From IMG/VR virus record IMGVR_UViG_2671180547_000008: a stretch of 6,438 nucleotides of DNA. One strand, written 5' to 3'. The notes under the pieces were generated by a model. That model ran no database searches, was not told the origin of the DNA, and worked only from the letters and a program-made list of their open reading frames with translations. A program made the translations under genes and the position numbers. Source of the stretch: a virus (Duplodnaviria; Heunggongvirae; Uroviricota; Caudoviricetes). Below, piece by piece: positions 5,592 to 6,438 of the stretch (position 1 is its first letter; each line of letters starts with the position of its first letter).

Positions 5592-5932
5592 CGTAAAATA
5601 TCCTCCACGCTTATCAGTCCGTTCCGCTCCAGATAACTCATCGCCTTATCCGGTAATTTGCAGTCTGGCTTCGCTTTCCTCAGTTGCCAGGTTAACTGCT
5701 TTACCAGCATGGTTAACTCATCGACCAGACGCTGATATCCCACTGGTTTGTATTCATGCAATTTACCGGCTGGCTCTGCTGCCAGCGATACCAGTGCGAT
5801 TTCCAGAACAGCAATATCCATCTTATATGTGCGGATGATGTCATGGTCGATTGTGCCCGGTATGCACAGTCTCTGTGCTTCAATAGTCTCCTCTGCGTGA
5901 GCTATTAACTGCTCTCTGGTAAAAGTCGTCAT
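5588..5932 (-). CDS. Hypothetical protein (114 aa), paralogous to the upstream 55-aa ORF
   Basis: Its ATG overlaps the stop of the upstream ORF (ATGA at 5932-5929). The N-terminus MTTFTREQL... and the block [10 protein letters not shown]...EYK match MTTITKERI... and [10 protein letters not shown]...EKY in the 55-aa ORF. Amino-acid composition is protein-like. Confidence 0.55.
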   Translation of the reverse strand: MTTFTREQLIAHAEETIEAQRLCIPGTIDHDIIRTYKMDIAVLEIALVSLAAEPAGKLHEYKPVGYQRLVDELTMLVKQLTWQLRKAKPDCKLPDKAMSYLERNGLISVEDILR

Positions 5933-6096
5933 GCCGTAGCCCCTTCTTGATATTTTTCAAACCAGAACACAACCGGCTCTGCTTCCAGCGATGCCAGCGC
6001 AATCCGTGCCAGTTCCATTTGTTCACCACGGGTAAGCCCGTTTTCAAGCGGGTTTTTAATGAACAATTCAATACGTTCTTTGGTAATAGTGGTCAT
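5929..6096 (-). CDS. Hypothetical small protein (55 aa), first gene of the coupled trio
   Basis: ATG at 6096 is preceded by a strong SD (TAAGGAG, 6 nt spacer). The product is [55 protein letters not shown] and its stop overlaps the next ATG. Not in the ORF track (under 60 aa). Confidence 0.45.
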   Translation of the reverse strand: MTTITKERIELFIKNPLENGLTRGEQMELARIALASLEAEPVVFWFEKYQEGATA

Positions 6097-6106
6097 GTGT
6101 TACTCC

Positions 6107-6305
6107 TTAACCCGCAGTGCTTTCAACTGATGAGGGGAACAAAATCTTTTCATCAAACCCTGCATTCATATCATGAACAGCAACACACCAATCCATCGAC
6201 GAACGATTATCAAGAGCCTCCATGATTTCATCCATGCGGCGTAGGTCATACAGGTAAATGCTTTTATCGCCAATGGTGTAAAAGCCAATTTTTTTCGGTG
6301 ATGGA
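6107..6305 (-). pseudogene. 3' remnant of a gene truncated by the right-hand IS insertion
   Basis: The frame runs from the IS junction to TAA at 6107-6109: ...KKIGFYTIGDKSIYLYDLRRMDEIMEALDNRSSMDWCVAVHDMNAGFDEKILFPSSVESTAG. The track ORF 6107-6337 only finds an ATG inside the IS, so the N-terminus is IS-derived. The SD of the next gene overlaps its stop, so it was once the upstream gene of that operon. Confidence 0.4.
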
Positions 6306-6438
6306 TGAGGTGTACTGGCAATAGCGGACACTACCATTTGTTCTTTTTTTAAGCAGCCATCTGATGATATTTTTCCCTGAAGGCTGCCGGGGAGATATTC
6401 CCCAGACGAGAGTGACGACGCTGACGATTGTAGAAAAT
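6306..6438 (-). mobile_element. Right end of a second, inverted copy of the same IS element, with the element body lying right of the window
   Basis: Exact reverse complement of 1-133. The plus strand begins TGAGGTGTACTGGCAATAGCGGACAC at 6306. Confidence 0.7.
6349..6438 (-). CDS. Transposase C-terminal fragment (partial at window edge), identical to the copy at 1-90
   Basis: Mirror image of 1-90; the stop codon is at 6349-6351 on the minus strand. Confidence 0.7.
   Translation of the reverse strand: MFYNRQRRHSRLGNISPAAFREKYHQMAA

Noticed and set aside
5880-6225. ORFs 5880-6071 (-) and 5947-6225 (+)
   Set aside because: Alternate-frame or antisense overlaps of the 55-aa and 114-aa ORFs. The in-frame coupled ORFs with an SD explain the region better.
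1-6438. CRISPR array or other short direct-repeat arrays
   Set aside because: No regularly spaced direct repeats seen; the only long repeat is the inverted IS pair at the ends.

Overview
The window is a roughly 6.2 kb piece of a lambdoid (Qin/DLP12-like) enterobacterial prophage, bounded at both ends by inverted copies of the same insertion sequence (1-133 and 6306-6438 are exact reverse complements). Every credible gene is on the minus strand. Reading in transcription order (high to low coordinate): a 5'-truncated gene cut by the right IS; two tandem paralogous small ORFs and a 27-codon hydrophobic micro-ORF, all joined by ATGA start/stop overlaps; a hok/sok-type toxin locus (hokD) with its own promoter, leader, antisense promoter and terminator; a frame-disrupted small gene; a DUF968/HNH-like protein; the RusA Holliday-junction resolvase; a Q-like zinc-finger late antiterminator followed by a PR'-like promoter and tR'-like terminator; a 65-aa winged-helix-like ORF; a beta-class N6-adenine DNA methyltransferase whose 3' end runs into a 28-nt N-run; and two tRNA-Arg genes (anticodons UCG and UCU). 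No lysis or toxin cargo follows the tRNAs; the left IS sits there instead. The best candidate for something undescribed is the coupled three-ORF module at 5508-6096, which sits upstream of hokD where, as I recall it, E. coli K-12 has relBE. All calls come from reading the sequence and from recalled family motifs; no database search was run.
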